Assembly: GCA_963809665.1 (NCBI GenBank)
Contig: CAWEKC010000005.1
Coordinates: forward strand, 104,392-168,391
Direction: 5' to 3'
Length of the DNA stretch: 64,000 bases
Source: Candidatus Gottesmanbacteria bacterium
GTDB lineage: Bacteria; Patescibacteriota; Microgenomatia; UBA10105; UBA927
A program made the translations under genes and the position numbers. Below are positions 29,860 to 38,995 of this stretch, piece after piece. The notes under the pieces are model-generated. The model was given only the letters and a program-made list of their open reading frames with translations. It did no database searches and was not told where the DNA came from. Within the stretch, counting starts at the first letter, position 1, and the number at the start of each line of letters is the position of its first letter.

Positions 29860-30180
29860 TTAATAGCTGGGGATGGTAAATTGTGTGACATCTACGCCGG
29901 TAAATAAAGAAATCGTTTTCAGTATCAGGTAGGCAACAACGATAATAACGACGCCGGTGATAGCCGCCGTCAGCGTACCGCGCGCTTTCTCAAGTTTTTT
30001 CTGGTCTCCGCCGGATAACAGGAATCCGTAGCCCCCGACGATGAGCATCACAAATAAAGCAACGCCCACAAGCGCGGTGAGCGCCTGAACAACGCTGATA
30101 AATATCGGCTCAAAACATTTGAATGTTGCCACGTCCTGTGCATTTGGAAGTGTTGAGAAGCATCCTGACCAATCAGCCAT
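29860..30180 (-). CDS. VirB2/TrbC-like (T4SS) pilin
   Basis: TM - GG..FLLSGGDQKKLEKARGTLT.AI.G - TM. Confidence 0.85.
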   Translation of the reverse strand: MADWSGCFSTLPNAQDVATFKCFEPIFISVVQALTALVGVALFVMLIVGGYGFLLSGGDQKKLEKARGTLTAAITGVVIIVVAYLILKTISLFTGVDVTQFTIPSY

Positions 30181-30231
30181 GCAAACATTATCACGCAGAT
30201 TACGTTAGTAGGCAAGAGACAAGAGAGCGGT

Positions 30232-30561
30232 TTAGAACGGTGACGGTATTGAGATTGATCCGCCGATGATCTGTATGCCCAGGAAGTTCTGGACCAGAAT
30301 CATGACAGCCCATGCGGCGCCGACGATTATAAGTCCGACAATCGCGTGGGTAATTTTATTGCGGGCTGCTTCCATACCGGCTTTGTCGCCGCCGGACGTG
30401 ATCCACTGAATACCGCCCAGGATCAGGAAGAAGAACGCCATGAGTGCCGCAAGGATAAGGAGGAGACCGACGAGCGCACTGATGAGTTTCCCGATATCGC
30501 CGATTTTTACGTTCGTGGGTTGCGGGATAGTAATTTCTGCCTGTGCAAATACCTTTTCCAT
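30232..30561 (-). CDS. VirB2/TrbC-like (T4SS) pilin
   Basis: GGIQWITSGGDKAGMEAARNKITHAIVGL. Confidence 0.85.
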   Translation of the reverse strand: MEKVFAQAEITIPQPTNVKIGDIGKLISALVGLLLILAALMAFFFLILGGIQWITSGGDKAGMEAARNKITHAIVGLIIVGAAWAVMILVQNFLGIQIIGGSISIPSPF

Positions 30562-30635
30562 AATTCCTCCTTATAACGATCGGTTTCTATTATATCCTTG
30601 CTCTCATTGTTGCGCAACCGTCTTCGGTTTGTCAA

Positions 30636-30992
30636 CTATTGATTAATGCCCGGAATGGTGAGGTGCGTGAGTTCAATACCGAAAAATCGTCCGACCAGCG
30701 TCATGATGGCGAACGCCGCCGCCACAATCACCAGCCCCATGATGGCGTTGGTGATACCATTCCGTGCCTTTTCAAGTGCCTGTTTATCTCCGCCCGCGGT
30801 AATCCATTGAAGGCCGCTGGTAATAAGAGTCATGAACGCGAGTAAGAACGCCGCGATAAACAGCGCACCGATCAGATTGCTGATAAGCAGTCCCAGCGCG
30901 TTGCCGCCCTGGCTTACATCAGGGTGTGAACCGCCCCCTAAAGCGGGAGGCAGGATGGGATTCCGGATTTGCGCAAGAAAATTTATTCTCAT
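30636..30992 (-). CDS. VirB2/TrbC-like (T4SS) pilin
   Basis: GLQWITAGGDKQALEKARNGITNAIMGL. Confidence 0.85.
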   Translation of the reverse strand: MRINFLAQIRNPILPPALGGGSHPDVSQGGNALGLLISNLIGALFIAAFLLAFMTLITSGLQWITAGGDKQALEKARNGITNAIMGLVIVAAAFAIMTLVGRFFGIELTHLTIPGINQ

Positions 30993-30995
30993 ACC

Positions 30996-31379
30996 TTATT
31001 TAATTTGTAATTGTTCTATGATTTTTGCGGGATCGCCGACAAGAATGTCATAGCCCAGGAACTGACCGACCGTCGCAATGATGATCCATGCGGCAACGAC
31101 GATAATGAGTCCGAAAAACCCGTTCATGATCCGCTGCCTGGCAGTTGTGAGCTTTTTTACGTCGCCCGCGCTGGAGATCCACTCATATCCGCCGAAGAGG
31201 AGCTGGAATAAAAACCAGATGCTGCCGGCGATCGTCATAAACCCGACGATTGCCGAAATAGCGTTGGTTACCTGGATAAGCGCTCCTGTGCCCGTTGTGG
31301 CGGGGTTTTTGCCGAATGGCCCCAATCCTTCACCCCCGATAGGGCCGAGCGGAACCTGTGTTTGTGCAAGAAGTGTCAT
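30996..31379 (-). CDS. VirB2/TrbC-like (T4SS) pilin
   Basis: GGYEWISSAGDVKKLTTARQRIMNGFFGL. Confidence 0.85.
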   Translation of the reverse strand: MTLLAQTQVPLGPIGGEGLGPFGKNPATTGTGALIQVTNAISAIVGFMTIAGSIWFLFQLLFGGYEWISSAGDVKKLTTARQRIMNGFFGLIIVVAAWIIIATVGQFLGYDILVGDPAKIIEQLQIK

Positions 31380-31744
31380 GGGTTGGGTGCGTAAATCTTG
31401 GGATTTAAAATAAATCCTGCATCGCCGAATAATAAATATCCGAAGAGAGCGGCAAGAGCAAACGATCCGACGACAAGGATAAGTCCTATCAGCGACTGCC
31501 AGATTTTACTCATGGCTTTTTCAATCGCTTTGGAATCTCCGCCGGCACTCATAAATTGGAATCCCGCTAGGATAAGGTTAAAAAAGGCGAATAATCCCGC
31601 TACTACAAATACAAGCCGGAGAATATTAGTCAAAAACACTGTAAGACCACCGATGCCCCGATATGCTGGAGCAATCTGGTCGTTTGTGACCTTCCCGACA
31701 ATACTGGTTGCGTCCTGTGCGAATATTTTTTCTATACCGATCAT
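31376..31744 (-). CDS. VirB2/TrbC-like (T4SS) pilin
   Basis: AGFQFMSAGGDSKAIEKAMSKIWQSLIGL. Confidence 0.85.
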   Translation of the reverse strand: MIGIEKIFAQDATSIVGKVTNDQIAPAYRGIGGLTVFLTNILRLVFVVAGLFAFFNLILAGFQFMSAGGDSKAIEKAMSKIWQSLIGLILVVGSFALAALFGYLLFGDAGFILNPKIYAPNP

Positions 31745-31749
31745 AATTA

Positions 31750-32064
31750 TTACAGTCCGACTATCTGCTTTAACATGGGCGAGCCCGTTATGGTGGCGAT
31801 CACCTGTACGATAAGTACAGACAGTACGACAATAAGAAGTCCTATGACCGCGCCGGTTATCGCATTTTTTCCCTGATTGGTTTGTTTTGCATCACCGCTC
31901 CCTGTTCCCATAATAACGCCGAATCCGCCTATAATCAATAAAACAAAGCTGATAATGCCGGCAAACACGACGGCATTTTTGACGATAAGGGTTACAATTT
32001 GACCAAAATCTGTAAATGTAGCCGCCGGAGCGAAAACGTTAGGGTCACCAATATTTACAGCCAT
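31750..32064 (-). CDS. VirB2/TrbC-like (T4SS) pilin
   Basis: GGFGVIMGTGSGDAKQTNQGKNAITGAVIGL; ATG 32064 chosen from the promoter position. Confidence 0.8.
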   Translation of the reverse strand: MAVNIGDPNVFAPAATFTDFGQIVTLIVKNAVVFAGIISFVLLIIGGFGVIMGTGSGDAKQTNQGKNAITGAVIGLLIVVLSVLIVQVIATITGSPMLKQIVGL

Positions 32065-32070
32065 GCATTT

Positions 32071-32112
32071 AGTGTACGGGAGTGTGATTCCACTGTCAAT
32101 TTGTGCTATAGT
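32071..32112. promoter_or_regulatory. Divergent promoters for the pilin array (minus) and the ECF sigma gene (plus)
   Basis: Minus: TTGACA (32099-32094) - 17 nt - TACACT (32076-32071) - 6 nt - ATG. Plus: TGcTATAGT (32104-32112) before GTG 32121. Confidence 0.7.
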
Positions 32113-32120
32113 TATAGCCT

Positions 32121-32660
32121 GTGGACGACGCAAACATCATCCCTAAGATTCTTGCGCGCGACCGGCAGGCACTGCTGATATTTTACCGCAGGTATGCCCC
32201 GAAGCTCTCGCGTTTTATTGCCGGAAAGATCGCAAATCCGGCAGACGCGGAAGAGGTTTTGCAGGATACGCTCTACGCATTTCTGGAGGCTATCCGCGAT
32301 TTTCAGGGAAAGAGTAACATCCAGACCTTCTTATTTTCCATTTGCCAGCACAAAGTTATCGATTATTACCGGAGAAAGAAGCTGAAACACGCAGTCTTTT
32401 CCCAGATGCCGCAGCTTGAGGCGATTATTTCGCCGCTCGTAAGTCCCGAAGAACAGCTGGACGCCGTCCTGGTGCGTGAGAAAATCCATGCGGTATTGGG
32501 TAGGCTCTTGCCGCGCCACCGCCAGATACTGATGCTTAAATATCTGGACGGATTGTCCGTTGAGGAAATTGCAAAACGCCTGGCCATGACATTTAAGAGT
32601 GTCGAGTCCCAGCTTTTCCGGGCGCGCAAAGCCTTTGTTGAATATTTTATATCCATATGA
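32121..32660 (+). CDS. ECF-type RNA polymerase sigma factor
   Basis: Region 2 DAEEVLQDT...F.GKS...TFLF.I; region 4 LSVEEIAKRL.....SVESQLFRAR. Confidence 0.92.
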   Translation: MDDANIIPKILARDRQALLIFYRRYAPKLSRFIAGKIANPADAEEVLQDTLYAFLEAIRDFQGKSNIQTFLFSICQHKVIDYYRRKKLKHAVFSQMPQLEAIISPLVSPEEQLDAVLVREKIHAVLGRLLPRHRQILMLKYLDGLSVEEIAKRLAMTFKSVESQLFRARKAFVEYFISI

Positions 32661-32887
32661 CCAATACCACATATCAGAAGTTTGTAAAGCGGTGGGAAGA
32701 GGTGACGGATCTGCCGCCGCAGACGGTGGGGCCGTTCACACCTCTCTATAAAGCAATTGCCCGGCGGCTTAAGGTTATGCCATGGCCGGTACTGGTGTTT
32801 TCAGCTGTCATTGTGGTTATCGGATTGTATTTACTTATCGGCTCTGCTATTACGCTCCTTGTCTCCATCCTCCAGCGAGGGTTTTAA
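32657..32887 (+). CDS. Small membrane protein, possible anti-sigma factor
   Basis: ATGA overlap with the ECF gene; C-terminal TM. Confidence 0.65.
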   Translation: MTNTTYQKFVKRWEEVTDLPPQTVGPFTPLYKAIARRLKVMPWPVLVFSAVIVVIGLYLLIGSAITLLVSILQRGF

Positions 32888-32914
32888 CTCACACGTTACG
32901 ACTAATACGTATAC

Positions 32915-33532
32915 ATGGAAACATCGCTTATTGTCGCGCTCGTTGAATTCAGCAGGAATATTATAGGACTTGTTACCCGTCCATATGAGACTTGCCGCAG
33001 GATTGCGGATCGCGGTGGATTTGGAGAACTTGTATATGTAGCGGTACTTCTTTCCGTATATTTCGCTTTTGCGTCACTCGTAAAAGTTGCTTCATTCCGG
33101 CCGTTTTTACTTTCCCGCCAGTTTATCGTTCTTTGTGCTGCGACGGGGGGAACATATCTTTTTGCCGTTGCGCTTTTTTGGACGGCGGGAAAGTTGGTTG
33201 GGGCCCACGGACGGTTGAAGGGCCTTGCCGTCCTGTGGGGATATTCGCTTCTGCCTACGCTTCTTTGGTTTTTCACTACGTCTCTCCTATATCTTCTGTT
33301 GCCTCCGCCACGCACAACAAGCGTCCAGGGCATTCTTTTCAGTGTGTTATTCCTCGTGTTTTCCACCACGTTGTTATTATGGAAAATGACGATTGCGTAT
33401 TTATCACTCCGGTTCGGGCTCAGGCTGGGTTTAGGAAAAATTCTGGTTATATTGGTGGTCTCACTCCCGATTCTGGGACTGTATAGCTATTGGCTGTATC
33501 ATTTAGGGATATTCAGAATTCCATTTTTATGA
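32915..33532 (+). CDS. Yip1-like multi-pass membrane protein
   Basis: RPYET at the N-terminus, about 5 TMs, WGYSLLP motif. Confidence 0.65.
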   Translation: METSLIVALVEFSRNIIGLVTRPYETCRRIADRGGFGELVYVAVLLSVYFAFASLVKVASFRPFLLSRQFIVLCAATGGTYLFAVALFWTAGKLVGAHGRLKGLAVLWGYSLLPTLLWFFTTSLLYLLLPPPRTTSVQGILFSVLFLVFSTTLLLWKMTIAYLSLRFGLRLGLGKILVILVVSLPILGLYSYWLYHLGIFRIPFL

Positions 33533-34650
33533 ATATGAGGGATTACAAAACCGTTTCGGAAAGACGCAAGGCTTTTGAGAAAAAGCTTACCATAGATTTG
33601 AAACATATAGGCGCCTTTACGCTGGATGAATCGGCTGCTTCGACACGGAATTGCGAAAACATGATCGGCGCGGCACAGATACCCATAGGTGTTGCCGGCC
33701 CGCTTCGTATTACACATAAGGATTATTACGTACCGCTTGCAACGACCGAGGGGGCGCTTGTGGCATCCGTCAACCGCGGATGCAAGGCTATTACAGCATC
33801 AGGAGGTGCAATGGTTGACAGCTACAGGGTGGGTGCTACCCGCGGACCGGTATTTAAAGTAAAAAATCTCAAAGAAAGTGGTGAACTGAATGCTTTTTTG
33901 GTGAAAAATTTTGCGGAGTTTCAGAAGATTGCCGCTCAAACGTCACATCATCTCACATTGAAAAAATATATGGATCGCGGGGTAGGGCGATATCGCTATG
34001 TGCGTTTTGTTTTTGACACCCAGGATGCCATGGGCATGAACATGGTGACCATTGCGACGCAAAAACTTGTTAAGTTCATTGAAACACAAACGACAGCGCG
34101 CTGTATTTCTTTAGCAGGTAATTATGATGTGGACAAAAAGCCCTCGTGGCTCAACGTTATTGAAGGGCGTGGTGTCAAGGCGTGGGCAGAGGTCACAATT
34201 CCGGAGAGAATTCTACGGGGCGTATTAAAAGCCACCGCACAGAAAATGTATGACGTGTGGCTTGCCAAATGCATGATAGGATCGGCGATGTCCGGCTCGA
34301 TGGCGTTTAATGCGCACTATGCAAACATTGTTGCAGCGCTGTTTTTAGCAACAGGCCAGGATATTGCACATGTTGTGGAAGGAAGTTTAGGGATAACAAC
34401 AGCGGAGGTTATACAAAAAGATCTGTATGTAAGTGTGTATCTGCCGGATCTCATGGTCGGCACCGTCGGCGGAGGAACAGGGCTGGCGACCCAGCGTGAA
34501 GCATTGAAACTTTTTGGCGCGCAGGATAGCAGAAATTTTGCTGAAGTTATAGCGGGCACGGTTTTGGCAGGAGAAGTATCACTGTTGGCATCATTGTCCG
34601 AAGGGACACTGGCAAAAGCGCACAAAACGTTAGCAAGGGGAGGGAACTAA
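33529..34650 (+). CDS. hmgA: Class I HMG-CoA reductase (NADPH type)
   Basis: CENMIG, PLATTEGALVAS, DAMGMNM, GQDIAHVVE, GTVGGGT. Confidence 0.95.
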   Translation: MNMRDYKTVSERRKAFEKKLTIDLKHIGAFTLDESAASTRNCENMIGAAQIPIGVAGPLRITHKDYYVPLATTEGALVASVNRGCKAITASGGAMVDSYRVGATRGPVFKVKNLKESGELNAFLVKNFAEFQKIAAQTSHHLTLKKYMDRGVGRYRYVRFVFDTQDAMGMNMVTIATQKLVKFIETQTTARCISLAGNYDVDKKPSWLNVIEGRGVKAWAEVTIPERILRGVLKATAQKMYDVWLAKCMIGSAMSGSMAFNAHYANIVAALFLATGQDIAHVVEGSLGITTAEVIQKDLYVSVYLPDLMVGTVGGGTGLATQREALKLFGAQDSRNFAEVIAGTVLAGEVSLLASLSEGTLAKAHKTLARGGN

Positions 34651-35726
34651 TGGTCGGGATCGTTTCATACGGTACATATATTCCGGAGTATCGGATTAAA
34701 CTTGCCGATATTGCCTCGGCGTGGAAAAAGGACCCCCGGGAAGTGGTGGGATCATTAGGGGTCGAAGAAAAATCAGTGCCTGGCACGGATGAAGATGCGG
34801 TTACTATCGCGCTACAAGCCGCATTCAATAGTCTGGCGGCGTTTCGGGGAAAGCCTGCGGACATAGAAGCATTGTTCGTAGGTTCGGAAAGTCATCCGTA
34901 TGCCGTGAACCCCACTTCAACAATTGTCGGAGAACTATTGGGAGTCGGACACAATTATTTGGCAGCGGATCTGGAATTTGCCTGTAAGGCGGCAACTGCC
35001 GGTATACAGGCGGTTGCGGGACTTATTGAGTCCGGACAGACGGGCTTTGGTTTGGTCATCGGGGCGGACACTGCCCAAAGCAAGCCGCATGACGCGCTGG
35101 AGTATACCTCGGCGGCAGCGGGAGCCGCGTATCTTATGTCTGGCGAAGCTAGATCTCGCTCCGCGAGATCCGAGAAACAACAGCTCATTGCCAAGCTTCT
35201 CGCATACACGTCCTATTCCTCGGATACACCTGACTTCTGGAGGCGTGACGGTATCCGGTATCCCTCCCACGCCGGTCGGTTTACCGGTGAACCGGCATAT
35301 TTTGCGCACGTTATAGGGGCGGCAACCCGATTACTTACCAAGACTCATACGAAACCGGAGGATTTTGATTATTGTGTATTCCATATGCCTAACGGTAAGT
35401 TTCCGCGTGATGTTGCCCGCAGGCTGGGTTTTAGTAAAGAACAATTGTCTGCGTCCCTGACGGTGGATCACATCGGCAATCCGTACGCCGCGTCTGCCAT
35501 GCTGGGGCTTGCCGCAGTACTGGACAGAGCAAAACCGGGAGAGAAGATATTCATGACGTCGTATGGGTCTGGTGCCGGTGCGGACGCTTTTGTCTGGGAA
35601 ACGACCCCGCTATTGTCGCGGGTGCAAAGGATCCGCGGCAAGCGGGGTGATTTAGTCACCCAACAGATAGTGAAAAAAAATTACATCAATTATGTTGAGT
35701 ATTTGAAGCAGACACACAAAATATGA
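34650..35726 (+). CDS. HMG-CoA synthase, archaeal type
   Basis: GSESHPYAV, DLEFACKAAT, DTPDFWRR, RFTGEPAYF, FHMPNGKFP, SYGSGAGADAF. Confidence 0.93.
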   Translation: MVGIVSYGTYIPEYRIKLADIASAWKKDPREVVGSLGVEEKSVPGTDEDAVTIALQAAFNSLAAFRGKPADIEALFVGSESHPYAVNPTSTIVGELLGVGHNYLAADLEFACKAATAGIQAVAGLIESGQTGFGLVIGADTAQSKPHDALEYTSAAAGAAYLMSGEARSRSARSEKQQLIAKLLAYTSYSSDTPDFWRRDGIRYPSHAGRFTGEPAYFAHVIGAATRLLTKTHTKPEDFDYCVFHMPNGKFPRDVARRLGFSKEQLSASLTVDHIGNPYAASAMLGLAAVLDRAKPGEKIFMTSYGSGAGADAFVWETTPLLSRVQRIRGKRGDLVTQQIVKKNYINYVEYLKQTHKI

Positions 35727-36863
35727 ACGTATTTATAACCGGGGCAGCAACAACAAAATTCGGGGAGTTGTGGGCAACGTCACCCCGCCGGCTGGCGGGT
35801 GAGGCTGTCGGCAACGCACTGAAAGATGCCGGCATTGGTATCCGGCGGGTTCATGCACTATTCGTCGGAAACATGTTATCCGGTATTCTTGCCGGACAGG
35901 AGCATTTAGGTGCGTTTTTCGCCGAAGAATTAGGCCTTACCGTTCCCGCTTTTAAAGTAGAAGGCGCATGTGCATCCGGAGGCCTTGCGCTACATAACGC
36001 GGTAAACAGCGTCCTGTCAGGCCAATATGATACCGTGGTTGTTCTTGGGGTGGAGAAAATGACGGACCATAAACCGGAAGATGTCGCCACAGCCCTCATG
36101 GGTGCGGGATCGGAAGAAGAACGGGTGGCAGGTGCAACCTTCCCGGGTTTATATGCAATTCTCGCACGTGCGCACATGATGGAATACGGGACGACCCGGG
36201 AGCAGCTTGCCGCGGTTGCCGTCAAAAATCATTATCATGCATCCTTAAACCCAAACGCGCAATTTCACACAACCATTACCATTGAACAGGTTGCACAGAA
36301 GCCCACGTATTGCCGACCCTTTACGGCTTCTGGATTGTTCGCCCATTTCAGACGGCGCATCAGCAGTTGTGGTAAGTAATAAGAAATCGTCACACGGTAT
36401 TACTATTGCAGCAAGCACTGTCGCGACGGATTCATTGGGACTTGCGAAGCGAGCATCTTTAACACAACTTGCTGCAACCAAGGAATCAGGAAAACGCGCA
36501 TACACTAAGGCTGCCATTTCACCTGAGGATGTTGATGTTGCGGAGGTCCATGATTGTTTTACGATTGCCGAAATACTTGCGATGGAAGATTTGGGTTTCT
36601 ATGCAAAAGGAAAAGCCACCGCCGCGATTATGGCCGGCGAAACGCAGTTGGGGAAATCCCACCATTTGGTTGTTAATCCATCCGGTGGGCTTAAAGGATG
36701 CGGGCATCCGGTAGGAGCCACAGGGATTAAACAAGTGGTGGAACTAGTGGAGCAGTTGCGGGGGAGGGCCGGAGTACGTCAAGTAAAACAAGCGAAGATT
36801 GGTTTAGCACATAATGTGGGAGGTTCAGGAGCAACCGCCGTTGTGCATATTTTAAAAAAATGA
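35723..36863 (+). CDS. Acetoacetyl-CoA thiolase (archaeal/SCP-x type), one frameshift near 36290 (ORFs 35723..36379 and 36282..36863)
   Basis: VEGACASGG, GVEKM, DCSPISDGA, EVHDCF, GHPVGATG across two frames. Confidence 0.9.
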
Positions 36864-37165
36864 ATACGCAGAGTCCGGTAAAAATTTGGAGAAACCAGAA
36901 ATATATCGCGGGCATGCTCGGGCGTGAGGGCACTATTGTTTCCTGGACGGTCGTCCGCGTGCCGCCCGGCGGGTTTTCGAGCCTTGCCCCGTATCCGGTT
37001 GTTGTTGTTGACATAGGAGGAGACGGAAGAATTATCGCTCAACTGGTTGACTGGACTGAAAATGATTTAGCTGCCGGGCGAAAAGTCCGGGTTGTGGTAC
37101 GGCGCATATCCGAGCCCACAACCGAGGGTGTTATCCCGTACGGGATTAAAGTGAAACCCGTTTAA
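36860..37165 (+). CDS. DUF35-type OB-fold thiolase/HMGS scaffold protein with no Zn-ribbon cysteines
   Basis: GTIVSWTVVR.PP.GF....PY, G.KV..V.RRI......G.I.YG.K; directly follows the thiolase. Confidence 0.8.
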   Translation: MNTQSPVKIWRNQKYIAGMLGREGTIVSWTVVRVPPGGFSSLAPYPVVVVDIGGDGRIIAQLVDWTENDLAAGRKVRVVVRRISEPTTEGVIPYGIKVKPV

Positions 37166-37175
37166 TGGTTTATAT

Positions 37176-38087
37176 ATGAAAATTACAGTATCGGTTCCCG
37201 GAAAAATATATTTGATGGGCGAGCATGCGGTGGTGTACGGAAGACCGGCTCTGCTTTCTGCAATAAACCTCCGTTTATCCGTTTCCGTTGAGCCGGCAAA
37301 ATCTCTGAAAATTATCTCAACGGAGTCTTCCGATTATGTACGCCATGCCGCGGAGTTTGTATCGAAAGAATACGACCTGCAGAAACCGCTAAACGTCAAA
37401 ATTACCGTCACATCGGATATTCCTGCGGGGTATCATCTGGGCTCATCAGCCGCGGTAGCGGTCGCGGTGGTCGGCGCACTGACGTATTATCTGAAAAAAG
37501 TCTGGAATCCGCAGATCGCGAATCAATTAGCCTATGAAATCGAGAAAAAACAACACGGAAATCCGTCGGGCGCTGATAACACGATGGTCACCTCGGGAGG
37601 GTTTTTGTGGTATAGAAAAGAGCTTGAGTTTTTACGGAGTTTTTGGCAGTTACCCTTCAAAATGCCCTCCACGTTACACCATTTTTTTCTCATTGATACG
37701 GGACGGCCGAAAGAAAATACGGGGAAGATGGTTGCGCTGGTCCGTGCGGAATATCAAAAGCACGTATCGCGCTACAAAAAATTATTTGATAAAAATGAAG
37801 ATCAGACAAAACGGATTGCCGTTGCGTTAAAAGAAGGGGATGAAAAAGCATTGATTTCGTCCATGAGGTATGGACAGAGGACACTTGAAGAAATGGGAGT
37901 TGTGAGTAAAAAAATTACTCCCCTCATCAGAAAGATAGAACGGGCAGGAGGAGCGGCAAAAATTCTAGGTGGAGGAGGACGGACCGCGGGAGTAGGTTAT
38001 CTATTATGCTATTCCCACCCGCGGCCGGGCGGCGGCATACCGATTACGTTGGGAGAAGAAGGGATACGGTTGGAAAAAAATATATGA
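37176..38087 (+). CDS. Mevalonate kinase (GHMP family)
   Basis: PGKIYLMGEHAVVYG, LGSSAA, HGNPSGAD, AKILGGG. Confidence 0.85.
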   Translation: MKITVSVPGKIYLMGEHAVVYGRPALLSAINLRLSVSVEPAKSLKIISTESSDYVRHAAEFVSKEYDLQKPLNVKITVTSDIPAGYHLGSSAAVAVAVVGALTYYLKKVWNPQIANQLAYEIEKKQHGNPSGADNTMVTSGGFLWYRKELEFLRSFWQLPFKMPSTLHHFFLIDTGRPKENTGKMVALVRAEYQKHVSRYKKLFDKNEDQTKRIAVALKEGDEKALISSMRYGQRTLEEMGVVSKKITPLIRKIERAGGAAKILGGGGRTAGVGYLLCYSHPRPGGGIPITLGEEGIRLEKNI

Positions 38088-38995
38088 CAATCAGCGCACC
38101 CGGAAAACTCATGCTGTTTGGAGAACACGCCGTCGTGTACGGTCATCCGTGTATTACGACCGCAGTGGACATCCGGCTATCAGTTTCCATTGAGTCTACC
38201 GGTGACGGAAAAATCACGATCAATGCGCCGGAGGTGAAAGACACGCGTTTTGTCGATGCGGCGATTACACTTGCGACTAACGAGTGGCATATTCGGCACA
38301 ACGGATTCCGCCTTTCGACCAAAAGTCCGTTTTCCGGATGCTACGGATTTGGTTCATCTTCAGCCGTGACGGTAGCCACGCTGAAAGCTCTGGCCGGCCT
38401 GGGTAATACAGATATTGATGAGCGGAAACTATTTGATGCTGCCTACAATATAGTCCTGTCCATACAGGGTACCGGGTCGGGATTTGACGTGGCATCAGCG
38501 GTATACGGCGGGACGTTATATTTTTTAAAAGGCGGCAAGGTCATTGATCCGCTTGCGGTGGATGATATGCCGCTGGTTATCGGGTATACCAAAGTAAAAA
38601 GCAATACGGTGGATGTTGTCAAAATGGTGGCAGGTAAACAGGAAAAGTATCCGGAAAAAGTGAACAGGATCTTCTTAGGGATTGCCGAACTCGTGGATCA
38701 GGCGAAGGCAGAGATCCTTGCAGGAGACTGGGAGCGCGTCGGCAGGCTCATGGATTTTGACCAGGAGTATCTGCGCGATCTCGGGGTAAGTTCGGAAAAA
38801 TTAGAGGCACTGATTACCGCAGCCAAAAGCGCGGGGGCATGGGGAGCAAAGCTATCAGGTGCAGGGTGCGGGGACTGTATGATTGCCCTTGCCTCACCGG
38901 ATACGCGGGTAGCGGTAGAAGAGGCCATAACCGGCGCCGGCGGAGAGGTAGTGCGGGTTTCCCCGAATGCAGAAGGGGTAAGGATAGATCCATGA
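38084..38995 (+). CDS. Second GHMP kinase, probable phosphomevalonate kinase
   Basis: PGKLMLFGEHAVVYG, GFGSSSA, QGTGSGFDVA, AKLSGAGCGDC. Confidence 0.75.
   Translation: MTISAPGKLMLFGEHAVVYGHPCITTAVDIRLSVSIESTGDGKITINAPEVKDTRFVDAAITLATNEWHIRHNGFRLSTKSPFSGCYGFGSSSAVTVATLKALAGLGNTDIDERKLFDAAYNIVLSIQGTGSGFDVASAVYGGTLYFLKGGKVIDPLAVDDMPLVIGYTKVKSNTVDVVKMVAGKQEKYPEKVNRIFLGIAELVDQAKAEILAGDWERVGRLMDFDQEYLRDLGVSSEKLEALITAAKSAGAWGAKLSGAGCGDCMIALASPDTRVAVEEAITGAGGEVVRVSPNAEGVRIDP

Noticed and set aside
16019-32064. Integrated conjugative element or plasmid
   Set aside because: No integrase, relaxase or att sites seen; interleaved with housekeeping nadD-nadE
35723-36863. Thiolase as a true pseudogene or programmed frameshift
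   Set aside because: All catalytic motifs are intact, there is no obvious slippery site, and similar single-base breaks across the window point to assembly error
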